64,000 nucleotides of DNA from an uncultured Verrucomicrobiota bacterium. Lineage in GTDB: Bacteria; Verrucomicrobiota; Verrucomicrobiia; Verrucomicrobiales; V1-33. Numbering within the stretch: the first letter of the stretch is position 1; each line of letters starts with the position of its first letter. The notes below the pieces were generated by a model, which saw nothing but the letters and a program-made list of their open reading frames with translations, had not been told where the DNA came from and ran no database searches. Below, in pieces: positions 54,901 to 63,967 of the stretch. Made by a program: the position numbers and the translations under genes. The stretch is from the NCBI GenBank assembly GCA_942492905.1, contig OW818657.1, positions 6,157,511 through 6,221,510 of the forward strand. The letters are read 5' to 3'.

Positions 54901-55708
54901 TCCCGGCGCCTGGACCCAACTCGGCAACCAGACCATCGCCATGAGCACAGCAGCCTATGTCGGCATTGCGTCCGCCAGCGGCAGTTCCACCGGGACCACC
55001 ACGGCTCCGGTCGTCGTCGACAACGTGAAAATCCTGAACTACGTCGGCGTGGCCAATGCCGGCCCGCTCGTCAATGCCGGAGCCGCTCTGGGTGGCATCG
55101 GGCCTTTCGCCCTCGACGCCAGTCTCACGGATGATGGCCTGCCGCTGCCGGTCAGCCTCACCACTACCTGGAGCACTTTTGATGGCCCCGGCGCAGCCAA
55201 TTTCGCCAGCCCCACTACGCCCGACACCGGCATCACCCTGCCTTCGGCGGGTCTCTACACCCTCCGCCTCACCGCCAGTGACAGTCAGATCACAACCTTC
55301 GATGACACCACAGTCAACGTGACCGGCACTCCTATCGACAGCTGGCGCACTTCCCAATTCGGGGCGGATGCCAGCGACCCGGCCATCGCTGGAGACCTGG
55401 CCGACTTTGATCAGGACGGTCTTTCCAATCTCGTGGAATACGCCCTGAACAGTGATCCGAAAAGCGATCTCGCCGCCCATACTCCCTTCCCCACCACCAC
55501 CGGCAACTCCCTCAAACTGACTTATCGGCTCAATCTGTCGGCGACCGATGTGACCGTGATCATCCAATCCTCGCCCGACCTTGGCACCTGGGGCCCCGCC
55601 CCGGCCAGTCTGACTACCCTCTCGGACGACGGTCAAACCCGCGTCATCGAAGCCAGCCTGCCCCTGACCAGCGAACGCCAGTACCTGCGCCTCCAAGTGA
55701 CGCATTGA
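48974..55708 (+). CDS. Giant secreted zinc metalloprotease/adhesin (M11-like catalytic domain, PKD, 8 Calx-beta repeats, lectin-like domain)
   Basis: HECGHSLGRNH zinc motif; eight D..E..ET...TI.D.D repeats; WTQVSGPG PKD-like; C-terminal DFDQDGLSNLVEYAL...YLRLQV. Confidence 0.88.
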   Translation: MKLRTKLTLTLGTALIGTFCYYYGPPAASTGPARGDSQVALGRASTSLRQEQAQAQSALSPASPPAKTDWPSAPETTKAPDMHKVVAFDGWLEKYVTATPEERAALEQEGIALAQTRRPEFKKLIVTNPQRALAMTVPRVIRQDLPQAVVAQLEKPVSARGDFKAYFGRPMDAAAFPPDEELVLRYFETPEGASYKARVFGSLLEQTSRKDVALRGVAIDRELAVAESPVRELEKGERIPAGTAVEETCPVSNITTPTSTEAVVTVDDEAPFVEVGGRLILLCDGSHVRIFEEAQRMASGGPGVAGYFKDTFPGTSSEAIGNFRCLYIRVTYPDQMRAPNTEASAQGDMRNVSRYYLESSFGRMTTTTAVTPLIVMPHTKAWYIAKDSEVDGLGLVHSDARSEARKLGYDSGQYNCTVVRVNEGPRLSGISWGGGDSVWVSWDGMDVLNHECGHSLGRNHANFWQTSDGSAIGVGANQEYGNSVDVMGGGGGFGAHYNSYSKRSLGWLPDPNLHRPGTTSASNGIYRLFAYDQPVLEEGKRYALRVDKDPQRRFFLEYHPAAGGLWTDSVLMIMSGLGSNAGHLVDTTPGSSGGKGDGGIRVGRTFSDYESDLHFTVLGKQDTTPPSMDVAMMRGPFPGNVPPVINSLNASATTVAVGGSLTFTANATDANGDTLAYHWDFTDGAITTNTPVLTRSFPTADQQTVHLTVSDLKGGIARRHEIITIGNPGRAVVRGRITLNSQPLMGVRVTSDTKYCFTDTNGDYAIADLTAGSRTFAATLTGYTFTAGFANPLTVSTAGATGQNWTATSVPEVTITTTNAVEGGTTGRFVLTRTGSTAAALAVSVAPFSGSALKTTDYTFAPAQTATGTLDTFTIPAGQASLTIVVTAVNDSTQEGPETMQLQLASGAYQVRNSGVAVLTIEDNDTTRPVVKIETIDPYATETPGDTGTFRISRTGDASAALTVTAAFSGTATRGSDYANISTVVTLPAGQTSAQISVVPVDDAAIEIPEDATMTLSSGAAYIMDPTATAATFNITDNDLATVTVSVLDDTLNEAGRGTGTVLLTRTGNLNQPLKVYYGLSGRALHGTDYVALPGEATFAAGMESVPVVITPYDDSHGEGDESISFNLTVFNNTYSLSSNYSASLTIKDNTDPPLVTVTANSAGEPSSNGTFTFTVTTTATTPITVNYTLSGTATSGTDYTARPGSVTITPTAGAASSAATVSLPVINDSLAENTETVILTITPGAGYRVFNDGRAVMRLKDDDSEPVAVSTHNATLAEPASASSFYISRLGTAGALNVSFTMTGTATNGTDYTLLSGIATIPDTATGVDVRVTPINDALAEGVETVTLTLNSGTAYGIEVASATLYLGDDDSSNMPSIGFLSATGTTTETPDATTGEYRDVEITLSPAATVAVTAEFMGGGGSAAGDDIDWSYVDDANALIPRGIVTFPAGSLSQTVRIKVRNDGIIEGAETAILELRNVNGARLSGSRNKHTLTINDNNTANPVPRVSFLVANTTRSEADGTEPLLIAALDAPAATAITVNYAVTGTATAGSDYSLANATLNFAAGEVSKKLPFLILPDADTEAKETVIVTLSAPTGGTLGTITTHTINISDSNAPILAVQVAAPEFSEDTGTGIFTVSRAGGSNALPVTADYSLSGTAVSGTDYTAVSGTITIPANQNAASVLISPIVDTAEEADKTILLTLTPNPDYEISLNNQASLTILDDDLPPVVTLVSPAIPAISIPAGVGLFAEVTASREVPTGTIQMPVAWTQVSGPGTATIEAPASRSTGITFPLPGTYVFRASATHGTETGTDIAVAVGSAVAPPMPFSPIATRFGNTPAAADFTFNPTTSTYNITAGGTSIPSTGTADQFLFLQQAITGNCTVVARIVSISTGGTTTSDNRSGIMLRESLTDGGSPHVFLGITKTPSTRFISRAATDAASLNSSGTGNFPCWVRLRRSGNTFLGETAPDVSGNPGAWTQLGNQTIAMSTAAYVGIASASGSSTGTTTAPVVVDNVKILNYVGVANAGPLVNAGAALGGIGPFALDASLTDDGLPLPVSLTTTWSTFDGPGAANFASPTTPDTGITLPSAGLYTLRLTASDSQITTFDDTTVNVTGTPIDSWRTSQFGADASDPAIAGDLADFDQDGLSNLVEYALNSDPKSDLAAHTPFPTTTGNSLKLTYRLNLSATDVTVIIQSSPDLGTWGPAPASLTTLSDDGQTRVIEASLPLTSERQYLRLQVTH

Positions 55709-55781
55709 TCCTACCAGCCCGTTCCACCCCGACTCCAGCCGTCCGTCCCAAGCGTGGCGCCCGAAGCATGAACCCCTGTTT

Positions 55782-56576
55782 ATGAAACAAAAATCCGTCT
55801 TCCTTGCCGAAAACACCAACTCCGAGATTGAGGAATTCCTCAAGGCCCACCACACAATTTACATCCCGGTGGGAGCGACCGAACAGCACGGGCCGCACTC
55901 ACCGATTGGCACTGATGTGCTCATTCCGCAGGAAATCGCCCGCCGCGTCTGCGAAAAACTGGGCAACGCCCTCGTCGCCCCCGCCTTGCCTTACACCCTG
56001 TCCTACCCGCACCGTGGATTCACCAGCGAGTTCAGCCTGAGCATCGAAACCTTCATGGCCGTAGTCCGCGAGCTGGCCCTCTCCTTTGCCAAAGCTGGAT
56101 TCAAACGCATCGTGTTTCTCAACGGCCATTACGATAACACCTATGCCCTGGCCTACGCCTGCGCCCAGGCCGCCGAAAAAATTCCGGAAGGAGCCAAGGC
56201 CTTTCCTTTCAATTACTGGGACGGCATGACGCCGGAGCAGTGGGCCAGGATGACGGAACAAGGCAAGGGCCTGCACGCCGGCGAAGGCGAAGTCTCCATG
56301 CTGCTCGCCATCAATCCCGGTCTGGTCGACATGGCACTGGCCAACGCGGAATTCCCCAGCTTCCCGGAAACCATCACAAAATCCCCCGCCCTGCACACCG
56401 CCTACTTTTTCTCCTCCCCCGGCAGCGTCTACCGCATGTCCAAAACCGGCACCTGGGGCGACGCCACCAAAGCCACCGCAGAAAACGGGGAGCAGATCCT
56501 GCAATCCGGCGAGGAGTCCGTCATCAATCTGATGACCGATATCGAAACGACCTTCCGGGAACTGACCCTGCGCTAA
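55782..56576 (+). CDS. Creatininase family amidohydrolase
   Basis: PVGATEQHGPHSPIGTD, FLNGHYDN, HAGEGEVS. Confidence 0.9.
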   Translation: MKQKSVFLAENTNSEIEEFLKAHHTIYIPVGATEQHGPHSPIGTDVLIPQEIARRVCEKLGNALVAPALPYTLSYPHRGFTSEFSLSIETFMAVVRELALSFAKAGFKRIVFLNGHYDNTYALAYACAQAAEKIPEGAKAFPFNYWDGMTPEQWARMTEQGKGLHAGEGEVSMLLAINPGLVDMALANAEFPSFPETITKSPALHTAYFFSSPGSVYRMSKTGTWGDATKATAENGEQILQSGEESVINLMTDIETTFRELTLR

Positions 56577-56692
56577 CCGGACGCGGGAGTTGCCGGAAAA
56601 CACCTCCTCAACGGTCCACTGCGGGCGGCATGGAGGACGGCACCAAGCACCTGCGAAGAAATTAGCAGACCAGTCTTGACATTCTGCGGGAT

Positions 56693-57118
56693 ATGCGAAA
56701 AAATTCGCACATGCCTGCCCAACGCCGGACTCCGCCTGACGAAACTCCCCTGACGCGGCGGGAACGGCAATTGATGGATGTGATCTACCGCCGCCGGGAA
56801 GCGACCGCCCGGGAGATCCTTGATGAATTGCCAGACGCGCCCAGCTACTCCACGGTGCGCACCCTCCTCACCCTGCTCGTGAAAAAAGGGCAGCTCCTCT
56901 GCACCCCTGGAGACCGCGCCCACCTCTACCGTCCGGCCCGCCAGCGCACCGCCGCCGCGGAATCCGCGCTGCGCCGTCTGGTCAGGACGTTTTTTGACGG
57001 GTCCGTCGCCAACGCTGTTTCCGGTCTGCTTTCCCTGCGCGATCAGCCCCTGAGCCCGGAAGAAATCACCCGTCTGGAGGAAATGATCGCCCAAACCAAA
57101 AAGGAGGACCCCTCATGA
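56693..57118 (+). CDS. BlaI/MecI/CopY family repressor
   Basis: LTRRERQLMDVIY, YSTVRTLLTLLVKKG, LVRTFFDGS. Confidence 0.92.
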   Translation: MRKNSHMPAQRRTPPDETPLTRRERQLMDVIYRRREATAREILDELPDAPSYSTVRTLLTLLVKKGQLLCTPGDRAHLYRPARQRTAAAESALRRLVRTFFDGSVANAVSGLLSLRDQPLSPEEITRLEEMIAQTKKEDPS

Positions 57119-58893
57119 TATGGCAAAGCGGGGAAATGCTGCAGGGTCTCCTGCTCCTCCTGGCCAAAGGCTCCGCCTGGCTGGCCCTGTGCGGCCTGGT
57201 GCGGTGGGTGCTCCCACGGGCCGGTCTTTCGTGGCGGGTCGCCCTCATGACCTTGCTGCTTCTCAGCGCCGCCAGCCTGTTGCCTGCCTTGTGGACATGG
57301 ACGCTGCTTCGGCCTGTCCCGGCCGCCCAGACCAACTCACCTGCCACTGCCCATCCGGTCGTCACAGAAAATTCAAACCAGTCCCCCGACACAGCGCCGC
57401 TTTCCGAAGTCACTAAATCTGCCCCGGCTTCCGCGAGCATCTGGCCTTGGCAGGACTGGCTGGCCCTCTTCTGGCTGGGAGGCACCGCCGGCCTGGCCCT
57501 GTGGCTGATCACCGGTTTCCGCACCGCCAGCCGCTGGATCCGGCACGCCGTGCCGCTGACCGATCCCGCCTGGCAAAACATCCTCACGGAAGAATGCCAA
57601 CGCCAATCCCTGCGCCGGATCCCGCGCCTGCTGGTCAATCCTGAAGTGCCCGGTCCCTGTGTCGCCGGCTGTTTCCGGCCCGCCCTGCTCCTGCCGGCCT
57701 GTTGTCAGGACTGGGATCTGGAAACCCGCACCCTCGTGCTCCGCCACGAACTCGCCCATGTCCGCCGGGGTGATTCCTGGCATGCCTGGGTCCGGGCGAT
57801 GGCCCTGACCATCCACTGGCTGAACCCACTCGTCTGGATCGCCGTCTCCCGCAGCCGGCGCGACGAGGAACTGGCCGCCGATGCCGCCGTCCTGGCATCC
57901 GGCACCCCTCCCGACCGCTACGCCGCCACCCTGCTTTCAGTCGCCCGCTCCTGTCAATTCACCACCCTCACCCCGCTCGTCTCCGCCATGGCTCATTCCT
58001 CCACCCTCGAATTCCGCATCCGCCATCTCCTCGGCACAAAGTTTGCCCCCCAATCCCCCGCCCGCTTCGCCGCGGCCGGGATTGGCCTGAGCTTCCTCAC
58101 CGCCGGCTTCATTGGCTGCAGCAGCGTGCAGCAGGAATCGCACGACTACAACAACTGGGAACTTGCCGGTGCCCATACTCCCATCACCCCGATTGATAGT
58201 GAAGAATTGAAAGGCCTGCTCTCCACCGATCCATCCCAGGCCAAAGGGTTTACCGTGAACTTCCGGGTAATAGATTTGGCAGGCCACGATCTCACGGCGC
58301 CCTCCAGGTCTCCCTTCTTTCCCAGCTCCAAAGACCCGGACTTCAGGTCGTTCACCCGCTCAGTTACTCTCCGACCTGGACAGACGGTCCAAGTTCAGAG
58401 CATCATTGAGTTTCCCCACCCAACAGAATTTGATCCTCCTCAATGGCCTTTAGCTGACGGAACCAGATCCCCTGTTGCCCCCAATGCTGCAATGCAATCC
58501 ACCGGGGGCAGTTTTCCGGTCACGCCTACCACTCCCTCCAAGTTCACCTACCGCACCATCGGCTGGAGAGCGGATGAAGTGACCGTGGAACCGGAGCGGG
58601 CTTACCTCAAGGTGTCAGGGACTTTCCATGAAACCACTTTCGACGGTTTCATCCGCAACGCCGGTGAAGCCTACAGCACCATCATAACGAAAGGAACAAA
58701 CGCCTTTGGCCGCAAAGAGGAAGTCGTGCTGAGCGATAACAAAGTTCTCTCCCCCACCTTCACCACGCGCGAAACTCCATTCAAAGTCGCGGCCCTTCCG
58801 GGCAAAACCTACCGCCTCCGACTGAATCTGAAACACCCTGACGCCTTTCTGGAAATCTCCTGTACCCCGGAAGTCCCCGGCAAGGAACGATAG
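57115..58893 (+). CDS. M56 (BlaR1-like) peptidase with a secretin-like C-terminal domain
   Basis: VLRHELAHVRRGD, HWLNPLVW, EELAADAAVL; C-terminal EFPHPTEFDPP, PTTPSKF, PTFTTRE. Confidence 0.88.
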   Translation: MIWQSGEMLQGLLLLLAKGSAWLALCGLVRWVLPRAGLSWRVALMTLLLLSAASLLPALWTWTLLRPVPAAQTNSPATAHPVVTENSNQSPDTAPLSEVTKSAPASASIWPWQDWLALFWLGGTAGLALWLITGFRTASRWIRHAVPLTDPAWQNILTEECQRQSLRRIPRLLVNPEVPGPCVAGCFRPALLLPACCQDWDLETRTLVLRHELAHVRRGDSWHAWVRAMALTIHWLNPLVWIAVSRSRRDEELAADAAVLASGTPPDRYAATLLSVARSCQFTTLTPLVSAMAHSSTLEFRIRHLLGTKFAPQSPARFAAAGIGLSFLTAGFIGCSSVQQESHDYNNWELAGAHTPITPIDSEELKGLLSTDPSQAKGFTVNFRVIDLAGHDLTAPSRSPFFPSSKDPDFRSFTRSVTLRPGQTVQVQSIIEFPHPTEFDPPQWPLADGTRSPVAPNAAMQSTGGSFPVTPTTPSKFTYRTIGWRADEVTVEPERAYLKVSGTFHETTFDGFIRNAGEAYSTIITKGTNAFGRKEEVVLSDNKVLSPTFTTRETPFKVAALPGKTYRLRLNLKHPDAFLEISCTPEVPGKER

Positions 58894-58897
58894 AAAT

Positions 58898-60097
58898 TCA
58901 CCGGCGGCGGTCCTCCCGGCGGTCTTTGTCTTTTTCCTTCTGCTTCTGGGCGGCCGCGAGGCCGGCGGCTTCGACTTTGCGGAAGCGGCCTTTGGTTTTG
59001 CGGGCGATGTCCTTGAGCATGTCCTCCTCCTCCTTTTTGTCGGCTCCTGTGAGGTAGTAGATGGTGTGGATGCGGGGGAGGGTTTCGCGTTCTTCGGAAG
59101 CGTCTTCCAGGAGGGCGGTAAGGGTTTTGGCGGGGATGGTGGTCATGCCGCCGCCGGGTTGGCTGGCGGTGGCGTTGCCATCGGTGAGCATGAAGGCCGT
59201 TTCTGGATTGAGGCGGAGGAGTTCGGTGAGGGCGTAATCGTGGCGGGTGCCGCCCGGTTTGCCTCCGGTGGGCGGGGCCGAGTTGGCGTCCACTTCGGTT
59301 TCGATGTGAGCGCGGGCGGCCGCCTTGTTTTCATCGGTGGCCCGCACCAGTTCGGGCTTCCAGCTGCGGGCGCTGCCGCTCCAGCGGATGATGCCAAACC
59401 GGGTGTCCGGGCCGAGGCCGTTGATGAGTTTGATGGCCTCAAGGCGGATCACGTGGAAGGCCTGATCCTTGCCTTCCTTGAGCAGCTTGCGGGTGCTGCT
59501 GTCGTAGTCGCCGGTGCGGGTGAACATGGACTGGCTGACATCGATCATGATGACCAGACTTTTCGCGCTGTCCTTGATATCGAAGAAGGCGAGACCGCTG
59601 CCTTTTCCAGTTCCGCCTCCACCACCAAGTCCGCGTCCAGTGCCCCGGCCATAACCACTGGCGCCGATCATGCCGGAGATCTGGTCGGAGACGAGTTCGC
59701 TGGGGTCTAGCGGAAGCATCCGCTTCAAATCCACGTCGGGCATGGCAGGGACGACCACGGGCGACGGCGCTTTTGAAGCCATGCGCTGCGAGTAGCTGGG
59801 GCGCGGCGCGGCGGCATCGTGTTTGGCATTGCTGAGGGCCTGTTCGCGCAGCTGGGCGGGAAGCTGCACGCGCTTTTCCGGCGGGGTGAAGGTTTCCTCA
59901 GGAGGCTTGATGAGGATTTCGCTGACCACCAGAATAACCGCCACGGCAATGATGGCCCCGTGCAGGATGATACTTAACGCCAGAGTGCCGATGGAGCCTT
60001 TTTCCGCTGGGGGATCAGCTGGTGCGAGGGCGGCGACGGGGAGCCGTGCGACCGGGCGGACCGGTGGGACGATCCGTTTCGGGATCGGTTTATGCAT
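58898..60097 (-). CDS. Membrane-anchored vWA-domain protein
   Basis: TM (SIILHGAII), Gly-rich linker, MIDVSQSM MIDAS, GGTRHDYAL, MLTDG. Confidence 0.8.
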   Translation of the reverse strand: MHKPIPKRIVPPVRPVARLPVAALAPADPPAEKGSIGTLALSIILHGAIIAVAVILVVSEILIKPPEETFTPPEKRVQLPAQLREQALSNAKHDAAAPRPSYSQRMASKAPSPVVVPAMPDVDLKRMLPLDPSELVSDQISGMIGASGYGRGTGRGLGGGGGTGKGSGLAFFDIKDSAKSLVIMIDVSQSMFTRTGDYDSSTRKLLKEGKDQAFHVIRLEAIKLINGLGPDTRFGIIRWSGSARSWKPELVRATDENKAAARAHIETEVDANSAPPTGGKPGGTRHDYALTELLRLNPETAFMLTDGNATASQPGGGMTTIPAKTLTALLEDASEERETLPRIHTIYYLTGADKKEEEDMLKDIARKTKGRFRKVEAAGLAAAQKQKEKDKDRREDRRR

Positions 60098-61124
60098 CCT
60101 CGTTTTCCTCCTTGGTTTTCGGTTTGGCAGGCTTTTTTTTCGGCTTGGATTTGGGTTTTGGTTCCGCTTTCCCGGTTTCCAGCTCTTCTGGAATGTCCTC
60201 CGATTCGACCGCTTCAGCGGCGGGCTTGGGTTTGGCGGGCGCGGTGGGTTGTTGTTTCAGCCAGGCCCCGGCGGCGGTGGCTTCCGGGGACGTCTGATAG
60301 AGTTGCGTGAGATCGCCAGCCCATTCGACGGCCTGGGTGATTTCTTTTTGAGCGGTGGAAAGCTGCGCCGCCGCCCAGAGGCCCCGGGCGGCGAGATCTT
60401 CCTCTGCTCCATGAAAAAGATGAGGGTAAAGATAACCATCGAAGGCCTCGTTGAGGAGTTGGGCATGCCGGGGAACCAGTTCGTCCTCGTCCTCCCAGCG
60501 GGGATGGTCCCTTTCCAGTTGTGTCAGGGCCGCGGCGGAAGCTTCGGCCATGACGTGGCGCAGCTCGATCAGGACGCGGGGATCGCCACTGTGCTGGAGC
60601 AGGGCTTCCGCCTGGGGACGGACTTCCTCGGTGCGGCCTTGGCGGAGCATGACCCGGAGGCGGCCGGCCTGGGCACGGCCGCGGCGTTCGGCACTCCAGT
60701 CGGCCGCCTCGATCTGTTCATAGATTTTGAGGGCCCGCTCCCGGCGGTCTGCGGTGTTCACCCGCGTCAGCAATTCGGCATAAATCAGCCCAATTTCGCC
60801 ACCCTTGGTCCGGGGCCGGCCAAGCCACGGAAGGTGTTTCACCCAATAGATCATGAGCGGCTCCGAACGTCCCTCGCGGATGGCGGTGGCGCGGGCTTCG
60901 GTTTCGCCAGGGAAAGGAGCGGGATCGATGTGTTCAATTTCTGTGAGGGGGATGAGCCGTTCAGCAGGCGCGGCGGTGGGGGTGGCGCGGTAGGTGATTT
61001 TGACGGCATCGGGAGTGAAGTCGATGATTTTGCAGTCGGCTTTGCGGCCGTTCTTCAGGACGATGGTGTCCTGGGCGGAGGAAAAACCCACAGTCAGGCA
61101 AAGCAGGAGGGCGGCTGATTTCAT
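60090..61124 (-). CDS. Exported TPR-like protein
   Basis: Signal peptide, DTIVLKNG, helical repeats; overlaps both neighbours. Confidence 0.7.
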   Translation of the reverse strand: MKSAALLLCLTVGFSSAQDTIVLKNGRKADCKIIDFTPDAVKITYRATPTAAPAERLIPLTEIEHIDPAPFPGETEARATAIREGRSEPLMIYWVKHLPWLGRPRTKGGEIGLIYAELLTRVNTADRRERALKIYEQIEAADWSAERRGRAQAGRLRVMLRQGRTEEVRPQAEALLQHSGDPRVLIELRHVMAEASAAALTQLERDHPRWEDEDELVPRHAQLLNEAFDGYLYPHLFHGAEEDLAARGLWAAAQLSTAQKEITQAVEWAGDLTQLYQTSPEATAAGAWLKQQPTAPAKPKPAAEAVESEDIPEELETGKAEPKPKSKPKKKPAKPKTKEENEDA

Positions 61125-63967
61125 GGTTGGCCTCCGGTCAGGGATTTGAGGCGCTCGCGGGCCCGGCTGGCAGGAGGGGTTGTGGCGAAATCGCGTTTGG
61201 CGAGCAGGGCACGGTAAACGTTGGCGGCTTCCTCCGGCTGGTTGATGGATTCCAAAACGAGTCCGTGTTCCAGCCAGGCGGAGGCGGCAAATTCACGGAA
61301 TTTGGCTCCCGACAAATAACATCTTTCAAAGTGACGGGCGGCGGCACCGGGATTTGACTGGGCGAGGGCACAGCGCCCCAGTTCCAGGAGGGCGCGGGCT
61401 TTTTGACGATGCTGGGAAAGCCGGCTGGTGGTGACTTTTTCGAGGAGGTTGGTGGCATCCTCCTCCTTGCCGGCATTGCGCAGCAGGATGGCTTGTTCGA
61501 TCATGGCGTCACCACCGGCCGTGCCGCCGACCGCTTCGTGACCGCTGCGCTCAAACCAAAGCAGGGCCTCGTCCGGTTGGCCGGCGGCCAGCGCCAGCAT
61601 GCCCAGGCCATAGGAGGCGCGTTCCTTTTCGATGGCCCGGGGATGCCACTTGCGGAGGGCTTCATAGAGATCGCGCGCGGTGCGGGGAGCACCAGCCTCC
61701 CGGCGCGCGTCGGCGCAGTCAGCGAGCAGGCGCGGGTGGTGGAGCGCGGGATCCAGCAGGTCGCCGAGTTGCATAAAAACGACCCGGGCCTGATCCGGGG
61801 AAGTTTCGCGCAGCAGATGGCCGCGGGCCCACAAGGCACGGACCGCCATGGTTTTCCGGCCCGCCGCACGGGCTTCACGGTGCAGAGTGTCCAGCTTCTC
61901 CATCAGCTTGGCAATCCCTTCCCCGCCTGGATAAAGCCGGCGGGTGGCGAGCAGCAAATCTTCCACGCCCTGACTGGCAGGGTCGTCGCCCAGCCGCTCC
62001 AAGGTGGCCCAGTAGAGAATGCGGGCCGCGTCCGGATCACCGGCCTTGGCGGCGGCCTTTCCTTGCTGAAGCACCGCTTCCGCCAAACGGAGGCTGCGGG
62101 GGTGCGAAGTGATGAAACGGGCGAAGTGAGCACGTTCAGCCTCCGGGCGTTCCAGCCGGCGCAGGCCTTCACCGATTTTAAATTGCGCTTCCTCAAATAT
62201 CCGGTCCGCAGATTCAGGAATTTTTCCCAATGCCACCAAGCCATCATCCATCCGGCCCGAGGCCATGAGGGATTCACCGAGCAGCAAAGTGGCTTCGGCG
62301 TGCCGCAGGTGATCCGGGTGATCTTCGAGGAATCCGGCAAACTCCCGGGCCGCGGCCTCGTGCTGGAATTGATGGTGCAGGCAGCGGGCGCGCTCGAAGA
62401 CGGCATCGGAGGCATTGCTGCCGGACGGGTGATTTTTCAGATAGGCGGCGAGCACATCCCGGGCGGCGGACCATTGCTTTTGAAAAGTCAGGGCCATCCC
62501 TTCCCAATAGCGGGCATCAGCACGCAGCGGGCTTTTTGGAAAACGTTCGCGCAACTGGCGGAAAGTGAAGACGGCGGCTTCCGGGCGGTCGAGTTCCATC
62601 TGGCAGATGCCTCCCATAAAGTAGGCGCGGGCAGCCAGTTGATGCTCCGGGAAATCCTCCGCGAGGTCGCCATACTGACGTTCCGCTTCCTCGGTGCGGT
62701 TGAGCCCGTGCAGGGCCTCGGCGCGGGCAAGACGGAGCGGCGGAATTTCCGGAGCCCCGGCGGCACTCTGAAAACGGCCGGGATAACGGGTGGTGGCTTC
62801 CAGCACTTTGTCCCAGCGCGGGATTTGCTGCCACGAAGCCAGTTCAGTCTGCGCGGCGTCCTGCAGGAGCTTGTCAGGAGGCAGTCCGATCACGGCACTT
62901 TCGAGGAGAGCCCCGGCCTCGCGCCAGCGTTGCAGGCCCATGAACGCCTGGGCGAGCCGCAGTTGGCGGGCGGCATCGTAACTTTCGATTTTTTCGAACT
63001 GCTCCAGTTCACGGCTGATGCGCGCCAGGATGCCATCGATCTGGAAGACAAGCGCTTCCCGTTTGGCTCCTTCTTTTTTCAGCAAGTCACGGCGGGCCTG
63101 CCACTCGGCCTGGCGGGCGTGCTGGTGCTCCAGGAGGCGTGCGCGGGGCCAGAGACGGTTCAGACAGGCGATGGCCTGATACCACTTTTCGTTTTCGAGA
63201 AACTCCGCGCCCAGCTGCAGCGTCAGGAGCTGGAAGGAAACCACCTGGGTCATCCCTGACAATTCAGCAAAAGACCCGCGCACGATCGTCAGGGCCTCGT
63301 CGGGCCGGCCGGCCTCCATCAGGCTGTGGAGCAGGAGCACCCGGGCCCGGCCGGCGACTTCCTTTTGGTCCGGAGGAAGTTTGGGGATTTGATCCGCGAA
63401 AAAATCGGCCGCAGCAGGGTAGTCTTCCAATTGCAGGTATCCCGTGCCGAATAACAGAAAGGCCTCGAAGCGGCGGGTGCGGTCGTGGGCCGGATCGGCG
63501 TAATAAGCCCCGAACGCTTCCTGGGCTCCGGGGGTGTCACCGGTGCGCAGGAGGCAGATGCCCTGCCAAAAGCTGAGTTCCTCCCGGGCGGCCGCCGGGA
63601 GCCCGGGGTGCTTGAGGGATTGGCCAATCAGGGTGATCGCGGCCTCAAAATCGCCCCGCTTCACCTTGCACATGGCGAGGAGGGGGCGGATTTCATCCAC
63701 GTGGGGAGCCACGTCGGGATTTTCCCCGTAATCGGCCACAAGCTGGTCGAGCAGCTTTTCGGCTTTTTCGAAATCGGAGGCCTCAAAGGCCGCACGCCCC
63801 TGGCTGATCAGCCCGGAGGCGGTGAGATTGTCAGGGGGGGCTTCCTGAGCGGGCGGCGGCGGATCGATGGCCGCGTCCAGGATCAACGGGCCGAAAGCTA
63901 CGGCAGAACACAGCGCCGCTCCTGCCCAACGCAGCATGCGGAAAGGAGAGGGAGAGTTCTCTGACAT
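61121..63967 (-). CDS. Large tetratricopeptide-repeat protein (start may lie further upstream; frame is open to the window edge)
   Basis: Many TPR-like repeats (A.FM.G.C...AVF.F..L...FP.S; DARYWEG). Confidence 0.85.
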   Translation of the reverse strand: MSENSPSPFRMLRWAGAALCSAVAFGPLILDAAIDPPPPAQEAPPDNLTASGLISQGRAAFEASDFEKAEKLLDQLVADYGENPDVAPHVDEIRPLLAMCKVKRGDFEAAITLIGQSLKHPGLPAAAREELSFWQGICLLRTGDTPGAQEAFGAYYADPAHDRTRRFEAFLLFGTGYLQLEDYPAAADFFADQIPKLPPDQKEVAGRARVLLLHSLMEAGRPDEALTIVRGSFAELSGMTQVVSFQLLTLQLGAEFLENEKWYQAIACLNRLWPRARLLEHQHARQAEWQARRDLLKKEGAKREALVFQIDGILARISRELEQFEKIESYDAARQLRLAQAFMGLQRWREAGALLESAVIGLPPDKLLQDAAQTELASWQQIPRWDKVLEATTRYPGRFQSAAGAPEIPPLRLARAEALHGLNRTEEAERQYGDLAEDFPEHQLAARAYFMGGICQMELDRPEAAVFTFRQLRERFPKSPLRADARYWEGMALTFQKQWSAARDVLAAYLKNHPSGSNASDAVFERARCLHHQFQHEAAAREFAGFLEDHPDHLRHAEATLLLGESLMASGRMDDGLVALGKIPESADRIFEEAQFKIGEGLRRLERPEAERAHFARFITSHPRSLRLAEAVLQQGKAAAKAGDPDAARILYWATLERLGDDPASQGVEDLLLATRRLYPGGEGIAKLMEKLDTLHREARAAGRKTMAVRALWARGHLLRETSPDQARVVFMQLGDLLDPALHHPRLLADCADARREAGAPRTARDLYEALRKWHPRAIEKERASYGLGMLALAAGQPDEALLWFERSGHEAVGGTAGGDAMIEQAILLRNAGKEEDATNLLEKVTTSRLSQHRQKARALLELGRCALAQSNPGAAARHFERCYLSGAKFREFAASAWLEHGLVLESINQPEEAANVYRALLAKRDFATTPPASRARERLKSLTGGQP

